Translations under genes and position numbers: made by a program | Shown: piece by piece, positions 43,280 through 57,721 of the stretch | Position numbering within the stretch: position 1 is the stretch's first letter | How the letters are laid out: each line of letters begins with the position of its first letter | The notes under the pieces: model-generated | Seen by the model: only the letters and a program-made list of their open reading frames with translations | What the model was told of the DNA's origin: nothing | The model's database searches: none | Source of the DNA: Octopus vulgaris | Lineage: Eukaryota | Reading direction: 5' to 3' | DNA: 64,000 nucleotides | NCBI GenBank assembly: GCA_951406725.2 | Contig: OX597840.1 | Coordinates: 27,404,001 to 27,468,000, forward strand

Positions 43280-44168
43280 ATAGCAACTCAGCCTTCTTGC
43301 CTTAAAAGGATCGAAATTAAAACCGTCCATAAAACCTCGTGTTAATGTTTCAAATAAAGATTACTCATGACAAAGATATTTTATTAAATTTTTCATTATT
43401 TTCAAAATTTCAAAATAAAATCAGGGTATATGAATTGTAACATGGTAATAAAAGGGGCCTTGTGATGCAAACCCACTCGAGACCGGCCCTGGTTCAACGG
43501 GGCATACTTCCTGTTCTAAAGTGATTGAAATTTAAATTTGATTTAAATAGACTTTCCTTCAAGAATTTCATGTTAATTTATGTTCCAAACTCCGGTTTAA
43601 TAGCGACAAACTTATTCTACAATTTTTTTTATTAATTTCAAAATAAATTGATGCAAAACTAGTTTATTTCAACCGAAATATGGCAACGAAAGGGAAATTA
43701 AAACCTTCCGTCAAAATTTATTTTACATATACATATTTATTAACACACACGAACACACAATTCTTCATTATTTTGCCAAATTATTTGTTTTTATTCCTAA
43801 ATTCTTCGATATTTTCCTAAATTATTCGTTATTTTTCTAAATTCTTCATTATTTTTAGAATTAATTGAAAGAAAGGCAGTGTATTTCTACAAAGATATCC
43901 TACTCATGTGATTTAGCTTCCAGATATTTCTATCGTCTTCATCTTAATCCTTGTAATACCAACCCTGCTTCTATGATACAAATTTTTCAGTTTTAAAATT
44001 ATCTAAATTAAATTCCTCCATCAAAATTTAGTGTTGATTTACGTTCCGAATTCCGGCTTAATAATGATACAGTTTCTCATTACTGAATCCTTCGTCAATT
44101 CCAAAATTATTTTGAAAAGAAAAAGCCAGTGTGTTTCAAAAGAAATCTGGTAACAAAAGGGTTTTAAC
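43280..44168. repeat. Cluster of diverged ~200-bp AT-rich repeats; the same family occurs at 23410-23820
   Basis: Recurring aaaaccttccatcaaaatttcatgttaatttatgttcc...aattaattgaaa...atggtaacaaaagggtt units. Confidence 0.65.
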
Positions 44169-45244
44169 ATGGCTCTGCTGTTTCTCTGTCTATATTTGGT
44201 GAATGAGTCAATGCTTGGCTTTGCAAGAGAAACACCTCTCTTTTCTCACACTTAAAAAGACTTCTCGCCAATGTTTGATTGTACTAGTGTGCGTTTGTAC
44301 TAATGTATGTTCGTATATGTCTGTATTGTAAAATGTTCTTGTTTGTTTATTCAAAATTCTATCGTTTATGATTTTGACTTAAATACTGAACAGTACTAAC
44401 GATTCTGCCTGCACATCGTGTTGATAAATGAAAGAATAGATTATTATTTCGATCATGAAACCCTAGGGAGCTGCATTTACAAGATTTGTAGGGTTTTTTT
44501 TTTTATTATAAGATTATCTTTAATCTCTTAGCTGATCGAGTGATTTTCTACTTACTGAAGTATTACCACATAATATATATAGATATATAGTTGCCAATTT
44601 TGTACAAGACATTGTAGATCTTTAGCTTGGGCTAAAAAGTCACATTCGATCACAGCACCAATAACAGTTAAGCTTCATGCAATGGCCATACTCGATAAAG
44701 AGGGGGCAGCCATCATGTATGTATGTATGTATGTATGTATGTATGTGTGTGTATGTGTGCGTGTATGTATGTATGTATGTATTTATGTATGTATGTATGT
44801 ATGTATGTATGTATGTATGCATGCATGCATGTATGTATGTATGTATGTATGTATGCATGTATGTATGTATGTATGCATGTATGTATGCATGCATGTATGT
44901 ATGTATGTATGTATGTATGTATGTATGTATGTATGCATGCATGCATGTATGTATGTATGTATGTATGCATGTATGTATGTATGTATGCATGTATGTATGC
45001 ATGCATGTATGTATGCATGTATGTATGTATGCATGCATGTATGCATGTATGTATGTATGTATGTATGCATGCATGCATGCATGCATGTATGTATGTATGT
45101 ATGTATGTATGTATGCATGCATGCATGTATGTATGTATGTATGTATGCATGTATGTATGCATGCATGTATGTATGTATGTATGTATGTATGTATTATGTA
45201 TGTATGTATGTATGTATGTATATACGCATGCATGGATTGATAGA

Positions 45245-45288
<44 letters not shown>

Positions 45289-45289
45289 A

Positions 45290-45368
<79 letters not shown>

Positions 45369-45373
45369 CAGGC

Positions 45374-45416
<43 letters not shown>

Positions 45417-45518
45417 TAGACAGACGGACGGGCTGACGGACGGGCTGACAGACAGGCGGACAGACAGATAGACAGACAGACAGATAGATATTGATACTAT
45501 TCTTATTTCCTATTCCAG

Positions 45519-45654
45519 GATGACATTCCGTGCAACCATGATTCTCATTCCCTTACTTGGTTTACAACATCTTGTCATGGGATTCGAACCCAAGGAAGAT
45601 TCTGCCTTCCATGAATCCTACCACATCGTCACATTGCTGCTTCTAAGCATACAG
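45519..45654 (+). CDS. Class B1 GPCR exon: TM6, ECL3 and TM7 start
   Basis: Acceptor tttcctattccAG and donor CAG|GTGAGT. The first G completes an AGG (Arg) codon with the previous exon. Reads MTFRATMILIPLLGLQHLVMGFEPKEDSAFHESYHIVTLLLLSIQ; the RAT.IL.PLLG motif is typical of calcitonin-type receptors. Confidence 0.93.
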
Positions 45655-45910
45655 GTGAGTACCACCTTACTTTTATCATCTACTGTGCACAAACAGCACA
45701 CACATACACACATTCAATATTAACTAACACCTCAATAAGTATATGTGACTGCGTAGTTATACATATATACGCACATACACACACACACAAACATATATAT
45801 ACATATACATGTTCCTAAGATTCATATCTACATCTTTATCTGTATATTTACCTTCACCTAAGATGTTATTAATTGATTTGAAAACTCTTATATTATTGGA
45901 AAATCTATAT

Positions 45911-46004
45911 AAATTTTACCTGAAGATTACTCAGCATCTTAAATCTGCTGTAATATTTACAGCTTTTAATAAAATGTTGTAGTATGAAACAATCGTACTA
46001 AATT
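45911..46004 (+). ncRNA. Possible degenerate hammerhead with long stem II
   Basis: aaattttac CTGAAGA ttac...gtagtat GAAA caatcg TA ctaaatt. The stems are imperfect. Confidence 0.35.
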
Positions 46005-46137
46005 GCCGGATTCATTCTTGTTGCTTATTATTTTTTTTATTATAATCATCCCGCATATTTTTATGGGTAACACCATACAAAATTCTAGTGCATCTAAATT
46101 AAGTACCATATTCATTTGAATCTAAATTGTTGCTGAA

Positions 46138-46196
<59 letters not shown>

Positions 46197-47352
46197 GATA
46201 TTAGGGAGTAAATCCAAACTTACAGGGAAAAATTAGATTTAGGATTAAATCCAATTTTACAGTTTAAATATATATATTAAATTTAAATAATTTAAATTTT
46301 GAATTTTATATTTTATATATTTTGTATATTATACTAATTAATTTTATTTCTATGTTTTGGTTTATGTTTTTCACTGTTTGATTTGCCTAATAGTGGTTTT
46401 ATATATATATATATGAATATATATGTGTGAAAAATTGAAAATTAATTTGATTAATATCAATTTAAAACCAGTGGTCTAGCATATTTAAAAATCTGAAGTT
46501 TCAAAAAAAAATTATATTACATACATATAAAAGGGTTGACCATAGCGGATCTTCTTGTAGCATAATGGATGTCCACTTCAAGGTCATCCCTTTTATATGT
46601 ATGTAATATGAATATATGTGTGTGCATGCAAGTCCCTTTGATTTCCTCTCTTTCTCGTTCGTCCCCTAATTCTTCAATCCCTCTGCCTCCTACCTCTCTC
46701 CTTTTCTTCCATGTGACCGGTATTCGGCGAAGCTTGATCTTACTTTCTTGGCTCGACCGCCGGCCGCAAAGCACCTCTTACATTCCTGTCTCGTGACTTT
46801 CACTTCTTATGTTCATCTCCAGTGTTCCTGCCTCAAGGCTTTCACTCTACACACACCAGTTGAACTTGATTCGTTTTTACAACCCTTTAAGCATTACATG
46901 CATCAGCATAACGTACAGTGGGGTCTTGATTATCATACATTTATATATTTATCTAGAAATATACAAAATATACAAAAGTGGTTACAGCTGTTTCATAATT
47001 TACTCAAAAGTTATAGCAATAAATTTAATGCAGAGATGTGTTTTACGAAAACCATTCAAGGCCGAGGCTCCAGTATGGCTACAGTCCAATGACTGAAACA
47101 CGTCGGTCACTGGTCATTTCCTTAATTTATTCAATACATAAGACAGCTATTATGCTTCCACCCCACAAAAAACCACCACCTGGATTCTGTTGAGACCAGT
47201 AAGAAACAATTATGAACATTTTTATTACACTTAACTTTTTAAAATATTTTTGATAAGGTTCGTTTTTTTCCAAGAAGAACCGAAACGTACAATTTCTAAG
47301 AAAATTAAAATTTATCTTATATAGTTGCGTTTTCAAACTTCTTTTTTATAAA

Positions 47353-47411
<59 letters not shown>

Positions 47412-47882
47412 AGGCGCAATGGCCTAGTGGTTAGGGCAGCGAACTCGCGGTCGTAGGATCGCGGTTTCGATTCCCAGACCGGAATTGAACCAAGATACCT
47501 AAAGCTCCACAAGGCTCCGGCAGGGGGTGGTGGCGATCCCTGCTGTACTCTTTCGCCACAACTTTCCCTCACTCTTTCTTCTGTTGGCCTGCTCGCTTAG
47601 CCAGCGGGGTGGCGTCATTCGAAGGCTAAAACAATGCAAAGCGCATTGTGACCAGCGATGTGTAGCAACATCTGATATATATTTGAGTAGTTGAATGAAT
47701 TATCTTATTAAGGATAATTCGAAAGATAACCGATACCTGGGTAGCAAATTTACATCAGAAAGAACACGGTTGAAGCTACGTCCCTAGGGCATAGACTACG
47801 TGTCTTCGTGCGGAAATTTGTATGTTTATTTTAAAATTATAAGTATATGAAAGAATAGAGTTGAACGACTAGTTAACAAATA

Positions 47883-47979
47883 TCCTTTATTCTCGACATA
47901 TGTTTCGAAGGCTGCATATTCCTAATTCCGAAGGAATAAGGAGTACATTATGCAGATTTCTCATCAGGAAAGGCAAGGA
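47883..47979 (-). ncRNA. Type I hammerhead ribozyme (inverted partner of 48041-48137)
   Basis: Near-exact reverse complement inside the palindrome at 47842-48178. Confidence 0.8.
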
Positions 47980-48040
47980 ACTTATGTCGACATCAAAATG
48001 CACAAAAAACTTTTAGCTGCATTTTTATGTCGACATAAGT

Positions 48041-48137
48041 TCCTTGATTTTCCTGATGAGAAATCTGCATAATGTACTCCTTATTCCTTCGGAATTAGGA
48101 ATATGCAGCCTTCGAAACATATGTCGAGAATAAAGGA
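48041..48137 (+). ncRNA. Type I hammerhead ribozyme
   Basis: tccttgattttc CTGATGA gaa.ctgcata...tatgcag.ttc GAAA catatg TC gagaataaagga. Stem I is ~11-12 bp; cleavage predicted after 48125. Confidence 0.85.
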
Positions 48138-48174
48138 TATTTGTTAACTAGTCGTTCAACTCCATTCTTTCATA

Positions 48175-48228
<54 letters not shown>

Positions 48229-48451
48229 AGAGAGAGAGGGATGGATAGAGAAACTGATGCTGAAACAGGTAGGGAGGTAGGTTGGTTGGGAGATAAGTAA
48301 GTAGGCGGGTATGTTGTCAGGTAGGTTTCGAGCAACGACTGCGAAAGTATAAACAGTCAAATAAGCTAGAAGAACTGGCAGGAATAATAAGGAAAAATGA
48401 ACTAAATGTTCAATATAGAATAATGGTTGGCTGCAGGAGGTAAAGCAAACA

Positions 48452-48482
<31 letters not shown>

Positions 48483-48608
48483 CAGATATTGAATAAGAAA
48501 TATAAGAGCTAATTAGGTAAATAAATATCTGTTACCACGTAGCATATAATTTATTTACACACAGACACACATATACAAACACGCTCGCGCACAGACATAT
48601 ATATGTGC

Positions 48609-48640
<32 letters not shown>

Positions 48641-48644
48641 ATGT

Positions 48645-48701
<57 letters not shown>

Positions 48702-48758
48702 ATTCAGTTAGAGGCTCTGTTAGTCACATGAAGGGATGGTGTGTGTATATATATATAT

Positions 48759-48796
<38 letters not shown>

Positions 48797-48896
48797 CTAT
48801 ATATATATGCAATAAAACTGTATATAGGTGAGAGAAAATAAAATGATGTGTGTGAGTGTGCGTGTATATATATATATGTATGTGTATATATATGTG

Positions 48897-48961
<65 letters not shown>

Positions 48962-49759
48962 GTATGTGTATATATCTATCTATATATATATATATATATA
49001 CATACGAAGTTCTCAAGGAGATTGAACGTGACACAGAATGTGACAATGCTGGCCCCTTTGTATTACAGGTACAACTCATTTTTGCCAGCTGAGTGCACTG
49101 GAGCAGCGGGAGATGAAGTGTCTTGCTCAAGGACACAACGCGCCGCCAGGAATCGAACTCACGACCTTACGATCTCAGGTTGAATACCCCTAAACACTTC
49201 ACGAAAAAAAAAAAAAGACTGACACTCGGTCAGTTGCGACGATGAGCGTTACTGATGATCTGGTCAGCGGAACAACCTGCTCGGGAAATTAACATACAAG
49301 TGGCTGAGTACTCCATAGACACGTGTAATTCTGGCCCTTTGAAATAGTCATATTACTCGTTTTTACCAGCTAAGCAGACTAGAAAAAAAACGTGAAATAA
49401 AGGACACAACGCGCCGGCGGGAATCGAACTCACGGCTTTACGATCGCAGGCTGAATACCCTAACCACTAAGCTACAAGACTTCACAGACAAATACATAAG
49501 TATATTAATATACCGGAGACGATGTAAGAAGTATTGATAAAGCTCTGTAGTGTTTTGAGAATATCTAATAATAATAATCTGCTTAATTGGAAGAGAAAGG
49601 CGCATACACGTGCGGACTCTACACACATGCGTCTCGTATACAGGTACATACATACAGGTGTGTCTGTGTGTATGTATGTACATATGTATATCAATATTTG
49701 TATGTATGTACCTATATATATATTCATATATACATATATATTTGTACCTGTCAATCTAT

Positions 49760-49820
<61 letters not shown>

Positions 49821-49829
49821 GCCTGTCTA

Positions 49830-49864
<35 letters not shown>

Positions 49865-49880
49865 ATAGATAGACAGATAC

Positions 49881-49932
<52 letters not shown>

Positions 49933-50342
49933 GTACATATATACAGATATTGATATACAAACATACACACACACATTTATATATTTATGTATGTATGTAT
50001 GTATGTATGTATGTATTTATGTATGCATGTATGTATGTATATATGTATGTATGTATGTATGCATGTATGTATGTAAGTATGTCTGTCTGTATGTATGTCT
50101 GTCTGTATGTATGTCTGTCTGTATGTCTGTCTGTATGTATGTCTGTCTGTATGTATGTCTGTCTGTATGTATGTCTGTCTGTATGTCTGTCTGTATGCAT
50201 GTCTGTCTGTATGTCTGTCTGTCTGTATGTATGTATGTATGCATTCTGATAATGGTATAATGTGCTGTGTATGCAAGACTAATACCTAATTCCATTAGTG
50301 ATATAAGCACATTATTTTAAACTACAAAACTATACTAAGTAC

Positions 50343-50380
<38 letters not shown>

Positions 50381-50532
50381 AATGAATATTTATATATACA
50401 CTCTCAGCCGTAGCAGCTGCTGCATAAGCTATAATATACACTCGAAGCAAATTACATTAGCAGGGGAAAAATGACAAAGAAACCAAAATCTCGTATTCGT
50501 GTCATTTTTATATTACACACACACACATACAC

Positions 50533-50618
<86 letters not shown>

Positions 50619-50622
50619 AAAC

Positions 50623-50654
<32 letters not shown>

Positions 50655-50664
50655 GTATATATTC

Positions 50665-51074
50665 TCTTTTACATGATTCAGTTATTTGACTGTGGCCATG
50701 CTGGAGCACCGCCTTTAGTCGAGCAAATCGACCCCCCCAGGACTTATACTTTGGAAGCCTAGTACTTATTCTATCGGTGTCTTTTGCCGAACCGCTCTGT
50801 TTCGGGGACGTAAACACACCACCATCGGTTGTCAAGCGATGTTAAAGAGACAAACACAAACGCACAAACACACACACACACACATACACATAGATATATA
50901 TATACATATATACGACGGGCTTCTTTCAGTTTCCGTCTACCAAATCCACTCACAAGGCTTTGGTCGGCCCGAGGCTATAGTAGAAGACACTTGCCCAAGG
51001 TGCCACGCAGTGGGACTGAACCAGGAAGCATGTGGTTGGTAAGCAAGCTACTTACCATCACAGCCACTCCTGCG

Positions 51075-51075
<1 letters not shown>
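50665..51075 (-). mobile_element. SINE family A (antisense)
   Basis: Reverse complement of the copy at 38031. Other - strand pieces lie at 35995-36285, 38740-38860 and 39395-39545. Confidence 0.88.
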
Positions 51076-51137
<62 letters not shown>

Positions 51138-51223
51138 CAGAAACAGCTGTAAGCCTATAATGGATAAATAAATGTATCATTTCTATCTTATATATTTATG
51201 CGTGCGTGTACATATGTAATGTA

Positions 51224-51254
<31 letters not shown>

Positions 51255-51537
51255 GTGTGTGTGTGTGTGTGTGCGGTGAGAAGGTGAGAAAAGGATGGTT
51301 GATTAAGTTTCTGATTACACAGCAGGAATACACGATGTTTAAAAATAAAGTTAAATATTCTTGTAATTACTATAAAGAATCCGTGAGTGCATATCGGGAA
51401 CATGCGTCATTCCATACTATGACAATGAGTATGCATGAACGCATGTACGTATCCATGGAGATAGATAGATGGATAGAGAGAGAGAGAGAGCGAGAGAGGG
51501 AGAGAGAGAGAGAGAGATAGGTAGGTAGGTAGGTAGG

Positions 51538-51626
<89 letters not shown>

Positions 51627-51878
51627 TTACACATGCATACAAAATACAAACATACATTGTGAAGAAGAAGAAGAAGAAGAAGAAGAAGAAGAAGAAGAAG
51701 AAGAAGAAGAAGAAGAAGAAGAAGAAAAAGAAGAGGAGGAGGAGGAGGAGGAGCAACAACAACAACAGCAGAAAAGCCGCGTGAAATTTAATATCTCTAC
51801 TCAACTGATCGAATTCTTTACAACTTGTTGAACACCATATCACGCCTGTGTGTCTATATGTGTGTGTATATCTATCTA

Positions 51879-51928
<50 letters not shown>

Positions 51929-52356
51929 CTTCGTATGTATAAAATATATTTTGTTTTAAATATATACATTATAGAATTATAGACTTATATAATATATACT
52001 TATATAATATATGCATTTTATACATATAAGTTTTGTGGGGGTTTCAATAATTCCTACAATCTACATGCCACTGGCAGTCTGCTAATGTCTTTCGTGAGCT
52101 AATGCGTCTTTACACATACATATAAGTAATCTCACACGAACCCAAGTAAGCTGCTATCACCTGTCGCGCTATTTTCGTTCATTTCACCTACCTACACATC
52201 CACCCGTTTTATCTTATTCTGTCTCATATTCACGTTATACCTGGACCTCACATTTCTCTCTCCTTCTCTCTTTCTCTCTACTCACTCGCTTTCTACGTGG
52301 GCAGGCCATGTATTCACCTCTTCAGCAAGACACTTGTTCCTCTCCTTCTATCATAA

Positions 52357-52462
52357 TTTCATATTCCTCCAGCATATAGTTTCATATTCCTCCAGCATAT
52401 AGTTTCATATTCCTCCAGCATATAGTTTCATATTCCTCCAGCATATAGTTTCATATTCCTCC
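52357..52462. repeat. 23-bp tandem repeat x4.6
   Basis: Unit TTTCATATTCCTCCAGCATATAG. Confidence 0.9.
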
Positions 52463-52722
52463 GTTCAGTTTAGCGGAGGTGGAGTGTCTTATCTTGCGGG
52501 TACAAGGCGACCTCACCGGTGCTGGTGCCACGTAAAAAAACTTGCTGGTGTTCGGAAGGGCATCCAGCTGTAGAAACCAAACCAAGCCAAACTAAACCAG
52601 ACCAATTCACACATAGAACATGCTGGAGCCTTCAAGCTCACCTGTTCTTACAAAACCGTCCAACCCATACCAGCATGGAAAAAAGGATGTTAAATGATGA
52701 TATTGATGATATATATATATAC

Positions 52723-52757
<35 letters not shown>

Positions 52758-52995
52758 AATTATTATGTACATATGTGCATAATATGTATATGCATGTGTG
52801 TTTGTATGTATGCATTATATATATATATATATTTGTGTAGGAGTGACTGTGTGGTATGTAGCTTGCTTACCAACCACATGGTTCCGGGTTCAGACCCGCT
52901 GCGTGGCACCTTGGGCAAGTGTCTTCTACTATAGCCTCGGGCCGACCAATGCCTTGTGAGTGGATTTGGTAGACGGAAACTGAAAGAAGCCCGTC

Positions 52996-53093
<98 letters not shown>

Positions 53094-53359
53094 ATGTTTG
53101 TGTGTCTGTGTTTGTCCCCCTAGCATTGCTTGACAACCGATGCTTGTGTGTTTATGTCCCCGTCACTTAGCGGTTCGGCAAAACAGACCGATAGAATAAG
53201 TACTGGGCTTACAAAGAATAAGTCCAGGGGTCGATTTGCTCGACTAAAAGGCGGTGCTCCAGCATGGCCGCAGTCAAATGACTGAAACAAGTAAAAGAAA
53301 AAAAAAAGAAAAAAAAAGAAAAAATATATACATATATATGTACACATGTATATATGTAG

Positions 53360-53422
<63 letters not shown>

Positions 53423-53710
53423 CACACAACTTATAAACTAGGGCAAAAGAAAAATTTCTAATGCCAAATATGCCGAAAATAGACAAATCGTCAATAACCA
53501 TATAATTTCTCACTATAAGTACTTTAAATGTATTTTTTAACATGCTGACCATTGATAGCATTTTTTCGAAAAATATGTATATATACATATATGTATATAT
53601 GTGTGTATGTATATATACATAAATGGAGAGAGGGGGAGAGGGAGAGAGACGGAAGTCCAGATCAATATTTCTCATTACTAACACATGTGTCTTTTCTGCA
53701 TGTATTTCAG

Positions 53711-53752
53711 GGAACCTTCGCTGCCATCATGTACTGCTTTTGGAACGGAGAG
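53711..53752 (+). CDS. Class B1 GPCR 42-nt TM7 exon
   Basis: tgtatttcAG|GGA...GAG|GTAAAT. Reads GTFAAIMYCFWNGE, the conserved QG.F.A..YCF.N.EV signature. Phase 0/0. Confidence 0.93.
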
Positions 53753-53810
53753 GTAAATATTATTTATTTATATCAATACACATTGATATGTGTCTCAGTG
53801 ACTGAGTGTG

Positions 53811-53872
<62 letters not shown>

Positions 53873-54614
53873 CGTTTGTTTTTATATGTTTCAGTGACTT
53901 TATACACATAAAATCTGTTTCTGATTGTATATTCTGTGTGCTTCTGCATACATAGCATATATAATGACTTTTCTAAATATTTACCGCACTGAAGGCAAAG
54001 TTCTATATTCAATTGTATGTCTCCTAGAATCTAAAAGCCTAGCTTCGGTTATAGTCTATTATTGTAATGAAAAAACAAACTGTTGCAATGAAAAATACAT
54101 TACTGGGCCTCATCATTTAAGTTACGCTTTAATAATCCCATCGATACATTTCGAAGCCCTAACAGAAGCAGTGAAACATCGCTATATCACTTCATATGGA
54201 ACTTGAAAAATAATATTTTGACTTACAACTTAAAATGGAACGTCTCATCTGGAGCTAAATCATTTATATAACAAAAGATCTTGCAATATATCAATACACG
54301 TTTCCTAGAAAGTTTAGCCATTCTACTTACAAAAATCTCTGCTCCAAATAAATACAATAAAAGGTTGGTTATATATATATATATAATCTTGAATAATGTA
54401 ACTCGACTACTAACTTTACATAGTAATTTTCTACTTCGAGTATATCATTTTACACATCTCACTCCTGTATCGACGGCCAGACAGCCAGAGAAAAGAAAAG
54501 ACAGAGGGACGGACAGATACATATATACATACACACACTCATTCACATTTGCACACACTAATCAATACAAAACCATGTTAGAGTCTCCTTATTTTTCTTT
54601 TAATTTCCCAACAG

Positions 54615-54818
54615 GTAATTGCCGTCATACGACGTTGGTATAACCAAAGGCAAGAAGTTATCGGAGGCTACAGCACCAAGCGTATATCAACATACATTAC
54701 GATGAACTCTGATCCTGTTCTGGCTGGCAACTGTAGCAAAACAATAGACACCGATCTGGCAACGACTACACCGAGTAAACCTGTCAATGAATTTGCACAG
54801 CAAGAAGAAACTGTAATG
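54615..54818 (+). CDS. Class B1 GPCR exon: helix 8 and C-terminal tail
   Basis: tttcccaacAG|GTA ATT GCC... gives 68 open codons (VIAVIRRWYNQRQEVIGGYSTKRIST...EETVM), continuing NGE|V. Ends at donor ATG|GTAAAT. Confidence 0.85.
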
Positions 54819-54863
54819 GTAAATATATACATATACAATCATTCACATGTGTGTGCGTGAGTT

Positions 54864-54937
<74 letters not shown>

Positions 54938-54943
<6 letters not shown>

Positions 54944-55467
54944 TAAATGAAATAAAACATATGCATATATATAAACATATATGTAAGTACCTACCTCTAC
55001 ATGTACATATACACGCATATATGAGTACAGGACACCAAAAGGACTTCGAACACAATGAGAAACGAAAACATAGACACAAACCAAAGGAACTGGACATTGT
55101 TTTAAAAACAACAAAAAATGGAGTACAGGACAATTAACACAACGAAAAACCCCTTCTTCAGTCGCTATGGTTTCATCTACTCTACGTTTCGAAGGATAAA
55201 AGCGAGACGTATCTTCGACAAGAAACTTTCCTTCCTACGAAAAGCAAATCAATTAAAATTCTGAGATCTTTTCGCAGAGGGGTAAAAAATGGTAAAAAAA
55301 TGGTAAAAAAACAGGACAGTAACGACAGTACAAAAATATAAACAGTAAAAAAATAAACAGTAAAAAAATATAAACAGTAAAAAAATATAACAGTAAAAGA
55401 CAGGACAGGGAAAAACAAGATAAGAAGGGCTGTTGACGCCGAACGAAAAAAGTATTGCAAACGCAGA

Positions 55468-55513
<46 letters not shown>

Positions 55514-55890
55514 TGTCGTTACTGTCCTCTTTTTGTTACCATTTTTACCCCTCCGCAAAAAAATCTCAAATTTTATTTAATTTGCTTTTCGCGGGAAGGA
55601 AAGTTTCATTAAAGTCGTGTCTCGCCTTGACCTTCGAAACGCGGAGTAGATGAAACAAAGGCGACTGAAGAAAGGGAATTTTCCTTGTATTATATGTCCT
55701 GTACTCTATTTTTTCGTTGTTTAAGAAAAATTTTCATTTCCTTGGTTTTGTGTTTATGTTTTCGTTTCTCATTGTGTTCGACGTTTTTTTGGTGTCCTGT
55801 ACCCATATATGCATGTATATATATACATGTAGAGGTAGGTACGTACATATATGTATGTATATATGCATATGTTTTATTTTATTTATTAAT
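54938..55890. repeat. Inverted pair of a (TA)n-associated repeat in the last GPCR intron
   Basis: 54938-55332 is reverse-complementary to 55511-55890; a third partial copy lies at 10648-10775. Confidence 0.8.
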
Positions 55891-56008
55891 TTATTATATA
55901 TATATATATATAAATTTAAAATGAGGGTGAGAAATTAGATATTAATTTAATTAACATCGATTTCACACCAGTGGTCTAGCATAAAAAAACTGAAGTTTCA
56001 GTAAAATT

Positions 56009-56057
<49 letters not shown>

Positions 56058-56073
56058 GGGAAACCACTATGTG

Positions 56074-56233
56074 GACACCCATATGCTAGAAATAGATCCG
56101 CTACGATCTCACGACTAAGAAATGTTCTCAAGATTTTCTCGATTATGTTTTGGTTTTGTTTTGCTAAATTTTTTCTTGAGAACATTTCTTAGGGGTGAGA
56201 TCGTAGCGGATCTATTTCTAGCATATGGGTGTC
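56074..56233. repeat. Near-perfect hairpin with ~60-bp arms
   Basis: gacacccatatgctagaaatagatccgctacgatctcac...gtgagatcgtagcggatctatttctagcatatgggtgtc. Confidence 0.85.
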
Positions 56234-56515
56234 TGTTTTTGTTCTCCCGCCACCATCGCTTGACAGCCGATGTTGGTGAGTCTTTTAATATTATATTCCT
56301 TGTCATTTCCTTCAATTTATTTTTATCTCTTCTGTTGCCATTCCCTGCATCCAACAACTAACATCCACCCCTCCACCCTATCATCGCACCCTACAGCCAT
56401 TCTCACCCCCATCCACCAACCCGATATTTCTCCCCCCACCCCCCCCCCAATCACCACGACCCCCCGTCCTATTTACGATATTCACACACGTGTTTGTTTG
56501 TTCTGTTCATTTCAG

Positions 56516-56533
56516 ATGATCACCCCCGAATAG
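56516..56533 (+). CDS. Probable terminal coding exon of the GPCR (MITPE*), followed by 3'UTR
   Basis: Strong acceptor gttctgttcatttcAG. In phase 0 it reads ATG ATC ACC CCC GAA TAG. Confidence 0.55.
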   Translation: MITPE

Positions 56534-56629
56534 TGGGGGAATTTCTGTGTAAGAACGGAGAAGCGATTTCCAGCCAAATGTCCACCTGTACACTAACAGC
56601 GAGTATTACTGCGTTATATTGCCAACCCC

Positions 56630-56638
56630 TCCATGACC

Positions 56639-56670
<32 letters not shown>

Positions 56671-57500
56671 CAACACCCACAGGAACACTATCATTAAGAA
56701 CAAAAACACCACCAGCAACAACAACTACTACTACTATTACTACTACTACTACCTCCACATCAACCACTACTACCACCACCACCACCACCACCACTACTAC
56801 TACTGCTACTACAAGAACACCATAATAACATCACCTGTCACCACTACCAGCAGCATCATCATCACCACCATTAATTTCGTCTCCACCACGACCACCACCA
56901 ACAACAACAACAACAACTTGAACATCAACACTATCACCATTGATACCGTCTCCACCACCAACACCGCCACCACCACCACAGCAACATCGTCGTCACCGTT
57001 ATCATCATCATCACCGCCAGCATCACCATCATCGTCAATAATCTCCACGCCACCACCAACACCACCACTACCCGGAGCCGTCTTAGGACATGGGCCATGC
57101 GGGCGGTTGCCCGAGGGCGCTACGGATTTAGGGCTTCACTGTTAATGTGTGCTGTGGTTGTGCGTATAGGGGTCTGCCCAGGGGTTATTGGTTTGCCCAG
57201 GGGTGGGGGAAAGTGGGTTGTTTAGATTACTACCACAACTACTATCTCCAATGGCATGGCCGTCGTCATGGCGACCGCCATCGCACCACGACCACCACCA
57301 CCAACAACAACAACAACATAAACACCACTACAATCAGCAACAATAACAACTACTAACAAGAACGCAGTAACATCGGCACTGCTTCCATCATCATCATCAT
57401 CCTCATCATCATCGTCATCATCACCATCATCATCATCATCCTCATCAACATCATCCTCATCGTCATCATCACCATCATCATCATCAACACCATCGTCATC

Positions 57501-57532
<32 letters not shown>

Positions 57533-57689
57533 CATCCTCATCCTCATCCTCATCCTCATCATCCTCATCGTCATCATCATCCTCATCATCATCATCGTCA
57601 TCATCACCATCATCATCATCATCATCATCATCCTCATCATCCTCCTCATCCTCATCATCATCCTCATCATCATCAACACCATCGTCATC

Positions 57690-57721
<32 letters not shown>

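Noticed and set aside
55140-55700. CTGAAGA and GAAAC motifs in the inverted repeat as a type II hammerhead
   Set aside because: I could not form a consistent stem I and stem II in both copies; at most a decayed motif.
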